The notes beneath the pieces were generated by a model. It was not told the DNA's origin, did no database searches, and worked only from the letters and a program-made list of their open reading frames with translations. A stretch of 50,934 nt of DNA from Minisyncoccia bacterium (GTDB lineage: Bacteria; Patescibacteriota; Minisyncoccia; Phycocordibacterales; Phycocordibacteraceae): assembly GCA_050011835.1 (NCBI GenBank), contig JBEKII010000005.1, positions 1-50,934 of the forward strand. The letters run 5' to 3'. Shown piece by piece: positions 26,208-34,621 of the stretch (its first letter is position 1; every line of letters begins with the position of its first letter). A program made the position numbers and the translations under genes.

Positions 26208-28361
26208 TTATTGCTTAAGCCCACCCCACTCAACAAGTGTGAACCCAGTCCGATCAATGTGATTCAGAATTTGGGGTTGCGGCTGAATGACTGGCATAGT
26301 CGAAAGTGGCGACCAATCGAGAAATACGCGGATGACTGTATCTGGCTTCGGTGATATTTGCATCGGGATGAACTGATTCATTTGTTCGGTCTGGAAGAAC
26401 GAGATGCGGTAGAAAGGAGCATTTTTGGTAAGGAGTTCTGGAACCCAGTAGGCCATCATGTCGCTTTTCTCTTTATCGGTGAGACCGATCTGCGTAAGCT
26501 TTTGGTTCAAGAAATCAGAGATATTTTCTTGTGGCACTACCCATCCGCCGGTCGGTATCGGATATTGTCCGCTTGCTTGTCCCGCCCAATATAAGTACGG
26601 GTAGTCATTTTGTTTACACGCGGCTTGAGCATATTCAGAACCAAAAATTGTTGAACCAATCGCGTCGCAATTCGTGAGATTCAGTTGGAGGTCAGTTAAT
26701 TCGCCGTCAGGATGCGCCATTACATCCCATCCGTTTGCATAGGTCGGGATATCGGTTGTGAGTCGCATTGGGGTTGTGAACCTGACTGTCACCTCGGTTG
26801 GCTTTGGCGGATAGAGATAGATGACGGGCTTGCCTATTCCTCCGGGTCCACTTTCGACATCTCTCCGAATGAATGCGACGAAGTCACCGGCTGGATGACG
26901 CCAAAAGAACATTGGGTGAGATTGAATAAAATCCGGGGTCGAGCTTCCTTGGTATGTAATATCATACAGACAATCATAGACAGAAGGATATTTATTAGGG
27001 TCCAGTTCGTAGATAGGATCGCCTTTGACGGTAGTGCCGGTAACAATGAGCCCCGCCTGAAACTGAGCCGCGGAAATGTTGTTATAACAATAGTACCAGT
27101 CATAGCCATCTCCTCCCCAATCGTAGTTCGTTGCAGTATAGTTTCCATAGGTTATTGAAAGCGGTGTCGACGTCCCAGTGCTCCATGTAAGTTGTGGGAC
27201 ATTGTTTGGATCGAGAAAGTCCGGTTGCGGAAATATATTAACAGCTTTGCCGAACGAAAAAACAAGATAATAGGCATTTGACCCCGCAACGACTTGAACA
27301 ATTTGAGCAACAATGCCCTGCATATTATTATTTTTTACGATTTGCCACCCTTCCTGATCTATCGCAACAGGTGTTGTGGAAGTAGGCAGGGTATCGGACA
27401 AATCGTAAGCCGCATCGCCATCAGTTGTACCGCCCCCGTCACCGAAAACAAACACCCCCTTATTATCAGTTGCTGTTACCGTATCAATCAGTGCCAGATC
27501 CATCGGGAAAACATAGGTGTTTGGAATGGGATATGTACCATCCACCCTGCTCGTCGTGATCTCCATATCCGTTGTGGTCGCGATTTTCCCGTCGACACCC
27601 CTTGAGATGACTTGGTAATGGTAGGTGGTGCTCGCAGTAAGGCCGGTAAGTGTGATTAAATGGTCTGTGACGTAAGCAGGGTCTGAAGTCGACGAACCAT
27701 ATGCGGTTGAGAGACCAAAATTCACCAATGAGGTGGCGGCTTCATTAGTAGTCCAGATGATCGTGGCTTTACTGGCCGATATGGTTCTATAGGCAAGGTT
27801 ACGTTTGATGGAAGCGTTAAAACCAAGCGCAGTTTGGAATCCTTGAACGATCGCGCTGGTGCCCTCCGTGTGGAAATAGAAGCTATCCCACGCGAGCGGG
27901 GTTCCAAGAGTATCGGAAACGAAGTAAGCGTATATAAAATTGTCTTCATGCGCTCCAGTTAAATTGAGCGTACCAAGGGCAACTGTTTTACCATCAAATT
28001 CTCCGCCGTGAATTGTTCCTATATTGAAGATGTTGATGATCCCTTGGTAACTAGGAAACGGAATTGTTCTTATAAGAGTAGGATTTGCGTTCCAGGTAAT
28101 TGACGCCGGTCCTTGCTGGTTTTTGGATTGTCCCTGTGTCGTCGACGTTGATTGAGGAGTCGAGCTCACAACCGTGGATTGATTTTCTTGATTATTCGAG
28201 GTTTGAGACGAAGAAGACGTTTGTTGAGTTATTGAATTTGTGAGCTCAGGTTGATTTGGTAGTTTTGTACGTTCATATACATATGCTCCACCACCAATTA
28301 ACAAGACGGCTAAAAGGATTAGGAGCAGGGACGTAATAAATCCTCTTTGCGAGTTTTTCAT
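26208..28361 (-). CDS. Large membrane-anchored surface protein with FN3-like domain
   Basis: 717 aa with an N-terminal TM anchor and an S/T/Q-rich linker. An FN3-like segment (ATIIWTTNEAATSLVNFGLSTAYG...TYHYQV) is followed by a conserved-looking C-terminal domain starting KPVIYLYPP. Confidence 0.7.
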   Translation of the reverse strand: MKNSQRGFITSLLLILLAVLLIGGGAYVYERTKLPNQPELTNSITQQTSSSSQTSNNQENQSTVVSSTPQSTSTTQGQSKNQQGPASITWNANPTLIRTIPFPSYQGIINIFNIGTIHGGEFDGKTVALGTLNLTGAHEDNFIYAYFVSDTLGTPLAWDSFYFHTEGTSAIVQGFQTALGFNASIKRNLAYRTISASKATIIWTTNEAATSLVNFGLSTAYGSSTSDPAYVTDHLITLTGLTASTTYHYQVISRGVDGKIATTTDMEITTSRVDGTYPIPNTYVFPMDLALIDTVTATDNKGVFVFGDGGGTTDGDAAYDLSDTLPTSTTPVAIDQEGWQIVKNNNMQGIVAQIVQVVAGSNAYYLVFSFGKAVNIFPQPDFLDPNNVPQLTWSTGTSTPLSITYGNYTATNYDWGGDGYDWYYCYNNISAAQFQAGLIVTGTTVKGDPIYELDPNKYPSVYDCLYDITYQGSSTPDFIQSHPMFFWRHPAGDFVAFIRRDVESGPGGIGKPVIYLYPPKPTEVTVRFTTPMRLTTDIPTYANGWDVMAHPDGELTDLQLNLTNCDAIGSTIFGSEYAQAACKQNDYPYLYWAGQASGQYPIPTGGWVVPQENISDFLNQKLTQIGLTDKEKSDMMAYWVPELLTKNAPFYRISFFQTEQMNQFIPMQISPKPDTVIRVFLDWSPLSTMPVIQPQPQILNHIDRTGFTLVEWGGLKQ

Positions 28362-28469
28362 ATGCTTTCAATGATACTAGACAAATGTAGGGGCAGTTCT
28401 CTTTGTGCACTTATAGCTATGAAACACCTTCGCTGAGGCGACTCGGTCACTTGAATTGTCACTAGTGTG

Positions 28470-28542
28470 TGCGCCCACCAGGACTCGAACCTGGGACCTT
28501 CTCCTTAAGAGGGAGCAGCTCTACCAACTGAGCTATGGGCGC
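28470..28542 (-). tRNA. tRNA-Lys (anticodon CUU)
   Basis: 73-nt cloverleaf with anticodon loop CUCUUAA and T-loop TTCGAGT. Confidence 0.85.
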
Positions 28543-28594
28543 GAAGTGAGCACGTAAGGAAAAATATAGCAGAACATAGTATGCTTTGGAAGTC

Positions 28595-28677
28595 GCTGGG
28601 GTGGCGAAATTGGTAGACGCGCATGGCTTAGGACCATGTGGAGCAATCCATTGGAGGTTCGACCCCTCTCCCCAGCA
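28595..28677 (+). tRNA. tRNA-Leu (anticodon UAG)
   Basis: Class II tRNA with a long variable arm and anticodon loop CUUAGGA. Confidence 0.85.
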
Positions 28678-28730
28678 CAAAATAAAGTCATGGTATACTA
28701 GGAAGGTAAAATTTAACAATATCTAAATAT

Positions 28731-29546
28731 ATGGCATCTCCTGAATCTCCCAAGAAACCACGAGTGGAAATCAAAGAATCAGGCAATGTGGCTTCGGAAC
28801 CGAGGGAGCCAAAGGTGGATCTCTCCGAGGAAGCTTATGCGGGAACTACAGAGGAAACGATGGCTTGTTTAAGCTCTGTGAACCAGGGATTTTTCGGCAA
28901 AATGTCCGAAGCCGGAAAAAAGATAGCGAACCAGGCGTATGAGGGCTTGTATAAAATACCAGTAGTGAACAGAGTCGTTGGCAAAATGGAAATTGCTTAC
29001 AACCAATTCTGGGTGGACCGGCACGAAAAGAAAGCCGTTAAATTTAAAGGCAAAATGGACGTACTTGATATACAAATGGGAGTGCTGGACCAGTCAAAAA
29101 AAGAAATTGGGTCCGTCATCACTAATTTAAAATTAGAACATACCCCAGGAGCTGACTCGTTGCAGCTGAGATTGAAAGAAATGGACCAAAAGAAAATAAA
29201 ATTGCTGAATAAAAAAGACAAAATCCAATCGAAGTTTGAATCCAGAGAAAATAAAGCAAAACTTTATACTAATGAGCGCGATAAGATTGCAGACAGGTTC
29301 ATCGGTCGTTATAACGAGAAACTTGCACCGATGGAAAAAGAATTGGACCGCCTGCAAACCTGTAAGGACGAGGTGGACTTGTCGGTCGCCGTTATGGAAG
29401 CGCGACACCACCAATTCTTGGCAAAATTAGAAGGCACAGAAAGACAGAAAACAGAAATCGAAGAGGCCCTTCGGAGAGCGGGAATGTCGGAAGGGAAAAT
29501 CAGAAAATCCGTAGATATAAAGACACTGGAGGAAGTCTTGGCCTAG
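28731..29546 (+). CDS. Coiled-coil protein, upstream part (ends at in-frame TAG)
   Basis: 271-aa K/E-rich heptad-like sequence with no TM and no family recognised. Confidence 0.6.
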   Translation: MASPESPKKPRVEIKESGNVASEPREPKVDLSEEAYAGTTEETMACLSSVNQGFFGKMSEAGKKIANQAYEGLYKIPVVNRVVGKMEIAYNQFWVDRHEKKAVKFKGKMDVLDIQMGVLDQSKKEIGSVITNLKLEHTPGADSLQLRLKEMDQKKIKLLNKKDKIQSKFESRENKAKLYTNERDKIADRFIGRYNEKLAPMEKELDRLQTCKDEVDLSVAVMEARHHQFLAKLEGTERQKTEIEEALRRAGMSEGKIRKSVDIKTLEEVLA

Positions 29547-30101
29547 GGGCGGGAAAAGATACAGAAAGAAAAGGAATTTATCGCGCAACAAAAGGCCAGA
29601 ATAAACAAGAAAATTGCAAAGGCCGATAAAAAAGCTAATCCCTATAGAGACAAACGGGAAAAATTCGTGCGGGTGAAAGAGCGGCGACCGATTGAGATGG
29701 ACGTGGAAACAAGGACACGGAGCGAAGAATTCAGAGGTGAAGAAGAGGCGGAAGCGCACCCAAGAGGAGAACGGCCAGAAGCTGTGGAAATAAACGAGGA
29801 AACTCCAGAGGAAACGGGAGCGGAAGCAGTTGCGGAGAAAGGCGAAAAACAACCTGAGATCGGGGCTCTTGTCGTTGGATGGAATGCCTATCTCAAGAAA
29901 GAGAAAATCTTAGACAGATCTATAGACCAGAAGGATTTCTTGAGAGCAACAAGATTATCCGAGCATTTCGTACTAGACAGCAGGGATTTTAAAAATATCC
30001 TTGAAAAATATTACAAATTCAAAAAATCTCCCGTAAAGGACGTGGGCGCGCTGGAGAAAGACATCAACAAATTCTTCAAAGAAATAAAGAGTAACTCGTA
30101 A
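29547..30101 (+). CDS. Coiled-coil protein, downstream part (same frame, no convincing own start)
   Basis: The frame stays open from the TAG at 29544-29546 to 30101. The first possible start is a weak GTG at 29667 with no SD. Composition continues that of the upstream part. Confidence 0.4.
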   Translation, partial: GREKIQKEKEFIAQQKARINKKIAKADKKANPYRDKREKFVRVKERRPIEMDVETRTRSEEFRGEEEAEAHPRGERPEAVEINEETPEETGAEAVAEKGEKQPEIGALVVGWNAYLKKEKILDRSIDQKDFLRATRLSEHFVLDSRDFKNILEKYYKFKKSPVKDVGALEKDINKFFKEIKSNS

Positions 30102-30105
30102 AACT

Positions 30106-30396
30106 ATGGACACAGACAAAAACATGACAAACGACCAGAATATTCAGGGTATAAGTAACGACCTCAATACTCTATTAAATGAGACGAGAGAAATTATCCG
30201 GGAGGAAGAAAAAGAAAATAAAGAAACGAGAGAACATATGAATGCCATTGAGAAGGAAGTCGATGAAACGATAGCTGCTATTGATATAGCATGCACCGAA
30301 CTAGACCAAATAGAAAAAGAGGCCGGAGATGAGTTAGATGCGCTTATGCTGGCGGAGGCGGAAGATTTGGTCGTAGAAGATTCGGCGGATGAATGA
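30106..30396 (+). CDS. Small acidic coiled-coil protein
   Basis: 96 aa, strongly acidic (E/D-rich). It starts 4 nt after the previous stop. Confidence 0.55.
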   Translation: MDTDKNMTNDQNIQGISNDLNTLLNETREIIREEEKENKETREHMNAIEKEVDETIAAIDIACTELDQIEKEAGDELDALMLAEAEDLVVEDSADE

Positions 30397-30432
30397 ATAG
30401 GTAAACCAGCACATACTTCACCCTTCCCTTCC

Positions 30433-30717
30433 CTACTTTGAAGCAGGCACGTAGTTCCCTTGGACATAGCTTCCGAGGCTAAACGTACCGAGTGCAATAT
30501 TAATGATGCCGTACGCGCCGAAAATGACAACGAGACCGATGACACCCCAGAAAATTGCCTTACGGCCTTCCTCGCGCTTCTGCGAGTCCCCCGCGTGCAG
30601 AATAAACTCAAACATTCCCCAAACGAAGATAACGAATGCACCCGCGGAGAGAAGCAAAATTATCGGATTGATAATCTGCGTAATGACTTTCGCGGTGAAT
30701 GAATAGAGAACGGACAT
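30433..30717 (-). CDS. VirB2/TrbC-like two-helix pilin-family protein (paralog 6)
   Basis: 94 aa: helix, charged loop (GDSQKREEGRKA), then helix. It abuts the stop of the upstream paralog with no intergenic gap. Confidence 0.65.
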   Translation of the reverse strand: MSVLYSFTAKVITQIINPIILLLSAGAFVIFVWGMFEFILHAGDSQKREEGRKAIFWGVIGLVVIFGAYGIINIALGTFSLGSYVQGNYVPASK

Positions 30718-31095
30718 TTAGCCGCCGACTTGGACGCCCGCCGAAGGTACGCCGCCAGAAGGGCCGCTACTGTTGCCGAAGCCAATCGTGCCGGTAAGAA
30801 TGTTCACGAGACCCCAGACCGATACCATGATGAAAAATCCGACGAGGCCCCAGAGCATAAGGGTCTTGCCCTTTCCCTTCTCTTCTTCGGAGTTAGCGCC
30901 CAAGATGAAGACCTTGAACACGCCGTAGAGGAAGACGATGAACGCTATCGCGAAGAGGACTGGAACGATGATATTGTTGATGGTGTTGATAATGAGCGAA
31001 CCGACATCCGAAATATTGTTGACTGCAGCGAGCGACACGAGCGGCAGAGCGAGTACGGCGGAAGCGATGGACGTAAAGACAAGGGCTTTTTTCAT
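30718..31095 (-). CDS. VirB2/TrbC-like two-helix pilin-family protein (paralog 5)
   Basis: 125 aa with a signal peptide, core IVPVLFAIAFIVFLYG...GANSEEEKGKGK...VSVWGLVNIL and a G/S-rich tail. Confidence 0.65.
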   Translation of the reverse strand: MKKALVFTSIASAVLALPLVSLAAVNNISDVGSLIINTINNIIVPVLFAIAFIVFLYGVFKVFILGANSEEEKGKGKTLMLWGLVGFFIMVSVWGLVNILTGTIGFGNSSGPSGGVPSAGVQVGG

Positions 31096-31176
31096 AGGAT
31101 AAGTAATCTAATAACGAGATAATTATAGCTTTTCTATTACAGTGGTCAATGCGTTTTTGGAAGGTTTGTGGATAGT

Positions 31177-32577
31177 TTAATTTCCCTGCGTGGGAGCGCC
31201 GGAAGAGCACGACTTATCGGTAGAAAGATAAGAGGATCCATCCTCAAAGTTTGTACAAGTATAAAGACACTGGTCGCCTTGGTTTGGATCGTAAACGCTT
31301 GCATTCGGATTGTAATTTTGTGCGGCTGAATCCGTGCATCCGTGCACTGCGCCAGTGCTGGGGGTAGAAGCGTTAGTACTAAGACAAGTGCCGCTTGGGC
31401 ATGTGAAGCCTGCGAGACAATCGGCGGCAGTAATGCAAGCGCTTCCCGCGCCTCCATTACCACCGAGTTGGTTGACGCCCTGAATGCATCCGGTCGTGGA
31501 ATTATCATCGGGGAAACATCCCGTGGGACAAACTCCGCTACTATCAGGGGTACAGGTACCGCCAGTGTTGGTGCCACCGCTATTTGGAATGCACTTAAGA
31601 TAAGTTTGCGAATTACTATCCATATCGCAAGTAAGATTTTGCATGCATTGACTAGAGTCGTTACAAGCATCACCATTTCCTGCGGAATTAGTCTTGGGCG
31701 GTTCGCACTTGCCCACGGTCGGACTGCCAGCGGTTACGTCGCAGGTGAGTCCTTGCATACAAACACTCGGACTTCCGCCACAAACGCCGTCTTGTGCCAC
31801 CGACCCAGCGGGAATGCTTTTACAGAAACCGAGAGAACATGTGGAACCAGGGGCGCAAACACTAGTAATGATTGTACCGCATGTAGTACCACCGCTACTC
31901 GTGTATGTAGCGAGGTATTGTTTACACACAGGACTTGAACTACCGAAATTGGGACTATTTATGCACGATTGATATGAGTTATAGGCGCTGTTCGCCTGTT
32001 GAGATGTTGACGCTGGAATGCTGCTACTCCCAGCGCCACTGCCGGTACCGTAATAAGCCTGATAATAAGCTTGATTGGCTTGCAGGCATTGAGGACTTGA
32101 TTGACTTGCTGCACACGCACTTTGTTGCGCATTATATAAGGTCCATAGTTGTGACTGCGCTGAAGAGCCACCGCTATTGGAAGGCGCGGGAATAACAACG
32201 TAGTTGCTGCCAATATTTGGATTGTATGTGCTACCGCCCGAGAGATATGTTGGGGAAGTATTAGTGTTACCGCCGCTGCCGCCGATCGTTGGAAACGGAG
32301 GAGAGTTCGCGGCGCCAAGATTGAGCGTGCCCATAAAAATCTGAATAATGGCCCAGAGCGAAAAGAGGACAACAAAGCCGGCGATGCCATAGATGATTAA
32401 TTCTCTTCCTTTTGTGTGTGCTTCGGGATCAGCAGCACCCTGAATGAAATATTTATAAATACCCCAAAGGAAGACAATGAAAGCGATGGAAATTAATACC
32501 GGGACGAGGATGCCATTGATGATGCCGGTGATGCTGCTCGCGTACCCCTGAATATAAATTGCGTTGATACCGTTCAT
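31177..32577 (-). CDS. Pilin-family core fused to a 380-aa S/G/T- and Cys-rich extension (paralog 4)
   Basis: Residues 1-85 carry the family core (LVPVLISIAFIVFLWG...GAADPEAHTKGRE...FSLWAIIQI). The rest is low-complexity with 28 Cys in repeated 4-Cys modules. Confidence 0.7.
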   Translation of the reverse strand: MNGINAIYIQGYASSITGIINGILVPVLISIAFIVFLWGIYKYFIQGAADPEAHTKGRELIIYGIAGFVVLFSLWAIIQIFMGTLNLGAANSPPFPTIGGSGGNTNTSPTYLSGGSTYNPNIGSNYVVIPAPSNSGGSSAQSQLWTLYNAQQSACAASQSSPQCLQANQAYYQAYYGTGSGAGSSSIPASTSQQANSAYNSYQSCINSPNFGSSSPVCKQYLATYTSSGGTTCGTIITSVCAPGSTCSLGFCKSIPAGSVAQDGVCGGSPSVCMQGLTCDVTAGSPTVGKCEPPKTNSAGNGDACNDSSQCMQNLTCDMDSNSQTYLKCIPNSGGTNTGGTCTPDSSGVCPTGCFPDDNSTTGCIQGVNQLGGNGGAGSACITAADCLAGFTCPSGTCLSTNASTPSTGAVHGCTDSAAQNYNPNASVYDPNQGDQCLYTCTNFEDGSSYLSTDKSCSSGAPTQGN

Positions 32578-32604
32578 ATCTTTAAGTGTGACTAGATATT
32601 TTAA

Positions 32605-33003
32605 TTAATACACCGGCGACGTCGGTAGGGGTGGCGCGAAGTAGCCCGTGAGACCGAAAGTATTCGCAATAACATTTACAATCCCCCAAAGGGAGACCAT
32701 AACCACGAACGCGATAATGCCCCAGAGAATGAGTTTATGGCCTTTTTTGACTTCCTCTGGGTCACCGCTGGAGAAAATGTAGGCACTTGCAATACCGTAG
32801 AGGAATACAATAAAAGAAATGGCGAAGAGTACCGGTACCAAGACCGAATTGATAATCAAGAGGACCATCTGGCCGAGCCAGCAGAAATAGCCGCAACTGA
32901 CTCCGCCGATAGAAACAGCAAAAAAGGCACCCGCGAATGCGAGCGCGGGCGCGAGAAGCGCCGCGAGTGGCAGAACGATGAGGACAATTGGTTTCAATTT
33001 CAT
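32605..33003 (-). CDS. VirB2/TrbC-like two-helix pilin-family protein (paralog 3)
   Basis: ORF 32605..33114 trimmed to MKLKPIVLIV at 33003 so that it does not overlap the upstream gene. It has a signal peptide plus core LVPVLFAISFIVFLYG...SGDPEEVKKGHK...VSLWGIVNVI. Confidence 0.65.
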   Translation of the reverse strand: MKLKPIVLIVLPLAALLAPALAFAGAFFAVSIGGVSCGYFCWLGQMVLLIINSVLVPVLFAISFIVFLYGIASAYIFSSGDPEEVKKGHKLILWGIIAFVVMVSLWGIVNVIANTFGLTGYFAPPLPTSPVY

Positions 33004-33023
33004 ATGTTTAGAAGTATGACATG

Positions 33024-33293
33024 TTATGAGGGAAACGTAATGCCGAGCGTGGATAACAATAGATTCACCAATCCCCAGATTGAAAAAAATATAACCAGCC
33101 CAACAATGCCCCAAAGTACAAACCCCCGTCCTTCTTTGCGTTTTTCGTCATTTCCGCTGTTGAGGAAAAAATAATTCACGACGCTCCAGACGAAAAAAAG
33201 GAATGCGAGAGCGCCGATAAAGGGAATGACGATAATATTGAGGACGCCGATGATGCCTGTTGAGCCATTGCCGATGAATTGCGCGAAGGTCAT
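33024..33293 (-). CDS. VirB2/TrbC-like two-helix pilin-family protein (paralog 2)
   Basis: ORF 33024..33482 trimmed to MTFAQFIGNG at 33293, 1 nt after the upstream stop. Core: IVIPFIGALAFLFFVW...NSGNDEKRKEGRG...FSIWGLVNLL. Confidence 0.65.
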   Translation of the reverse strand: MTFAQFIGNGSTGIIGVLNIIVIPFIGALAFLFFVWSVVNYFFLNSGNDEKRKEGRGFVLWGIVGLVIFFSIWGLVNLLLSTLGITFPS

Positions 33294-33294
33294 A

Positions 33295-34620
33295 TTATTC
33301 GCCGGTGTCGCTGCCGTTGTTTGGTATGACACAAGCACCGGTCGCATCACATACAAAGGGAGAGACACAGGTGCATGTGCTATTGTTACTAGTGCTATTA
33401 TTCTCTGTTGTGCCGCCACTAGCGCTGTTATTACTAGAGATACAGCAAACGAGGTCACTAAGATCGCAGGGTGACGGTTCATCAGCTACCACACCTCCGT
33501 AGCATGCTTGTTGGCACGTTCCTGAAGTACCGCTATTGCCTACGCAACCAGTACCGATAAGGGAAGTACAGCAAGTGAGACTGGAGCCACATCCTGAACT
33601 GCCTTCATCTGTTTCAGTATCGCTGCATGTTGCTTTGCATGTCCCTGATTCGCCACTGTCATAACCAGTGCAAGTAGTACCTGTCATTGAAGTGCAGCAG
33701 TCCATGCCGCTGCTACACGTTGACTGGCCATCTTCTATTTCGGTATCGCCACATCCTGCCTTGCACGTCCCTGAATCACCGCTGTCCCCTGTGCAGGTAG
33801 TGTTACCAAAGGTCGCCTTAAAGGTTGCCAGGTTTTGATTGTAGAGATTGGTGGCCGATATGCATTGGGAGCTTTGAGCATTTTGACTGCACGCGCTATT
33901 CATGGCCGCGAGTTGTTGATTTAATAATGTGGCAGCGGCGGATTGGGTCAAAGGTACCGCTGATTGCCCGACTCCCGGAAAGAGAGTCGCCCCGCCGGTA
34001 GTTCCAGTGCTTGGAGTAACGGATGAGCTAGAGCTCGTGGCGCCACCAGAGAGCGCCTGTACCGTCGCTTGAATGCCCAGAGATATCGCTTGCGCTCCGA
34101 GAAGAATAAGGGCGCCGACGATGGTCCAGAGAAGCGCATTATGTGCCTTGGTTAAACTTTCCGGCTTGCCCTGCGCCATAACATACATGAAGCCGACGTA
34201 TACGAGCATCACAATAACAACGATGGAGCCAATGTATACGACAAACTGCAGAACTTGGGCAAGAAGCGTACTAAGATTGGTCCCCGCGCCGAGCGGATTG
34301 ATGAGTGTGACGTTTTGGTTTGAGGAGGAATTTGCGGCTGGCGATAGATTTTGATTTACTGCAGGTGATGGATTTGCTGGAAAACATTGACCGGTACCCC
34401 CTCCGGCATCGCTCCAAAATTGTTCAGCCGCCACACATTGAGGTTGGGTCAACTGTTCAATATTTGAAACAGCACATTGGCCAGTGTTGCCTTCACCCCA
34501 AAGGCCGGCCTTTATGCATTGAGATTCAGTTATTGCTGTCGCAGATGCTTTGCCCGCCGGCAGGCAAACAACAGACGCAAACGCAAAGAATATGAAAAGG
34601 GCAGGAATGAATCGGCGCAT
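33295..34620 (-). CDS. Secreted Cys-rich protein with central TrbC/VirB2-like helical hairpin (paralog 1)
   Basis: 441 aa with a signal peptide and an N-terminal duplicated QC...TGQC segment. The hairpin is at residues 115-190 (loop AQGKPESLTKAHN), followed by three 6-Cys modules. Confidence 0.7.
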   Translation of the reverse strand: MRRFIPALFIFFAFASVVCLPAGKASATAITESQCIKAGLWGEGNTGQCAVSNIEQLTQPQCVAAEQFWSDAGGGTGQCFPANPSPAVNQNLSPAANSSSNQNVTLINPLGAGTNLSTLLAQVLQFVVYIGSIVVIVMLVYVGFMYVMAQGKPESLTKAHNALLWTIVGALILLGAQAISLGIQATVQALSGGATSSSSSVTPSTGTTGGATLFPGVGQSAVPLTQSAAATLLNQQLAAMNSACSQNAQSSQCISATNLYNQNLATFKATFGNTTCTGDSGDSGTCKAGCGDTEIEDGQSTCSSGMDCCTSMTGTTCTGYDSGESGTCKATCSDTETDEGSSGCGSSLTCCTSLIGTGCVGNSGTSGTCQQACYGGVVADEPSPCDLSDLVCCISSNNSASGGTTENNSTSNNSTCTCVSPFVCDATGACVIPNNGSDTGE

Positions 34621-34621
34621 A

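Noticed and set aside
28462-28719. An 85-aa minus-strand ORF.
   Set aside because: It is built entirely from tRNA-Lys(CUU) and the antisense of tRNA-Leu(UAG), so it is spurious.
31146-31676. A 176-aa alternative-frame ORF, plus several plus-strand ORFs (31342..31938, 31694..31972), inside the Cys-rich pilin fusion gene.
   Set aside because: These are overlapping frames of a compositionally biased gene. Only the 31177..32577 frame carries the conserved pilin core and regular Cys spacing.
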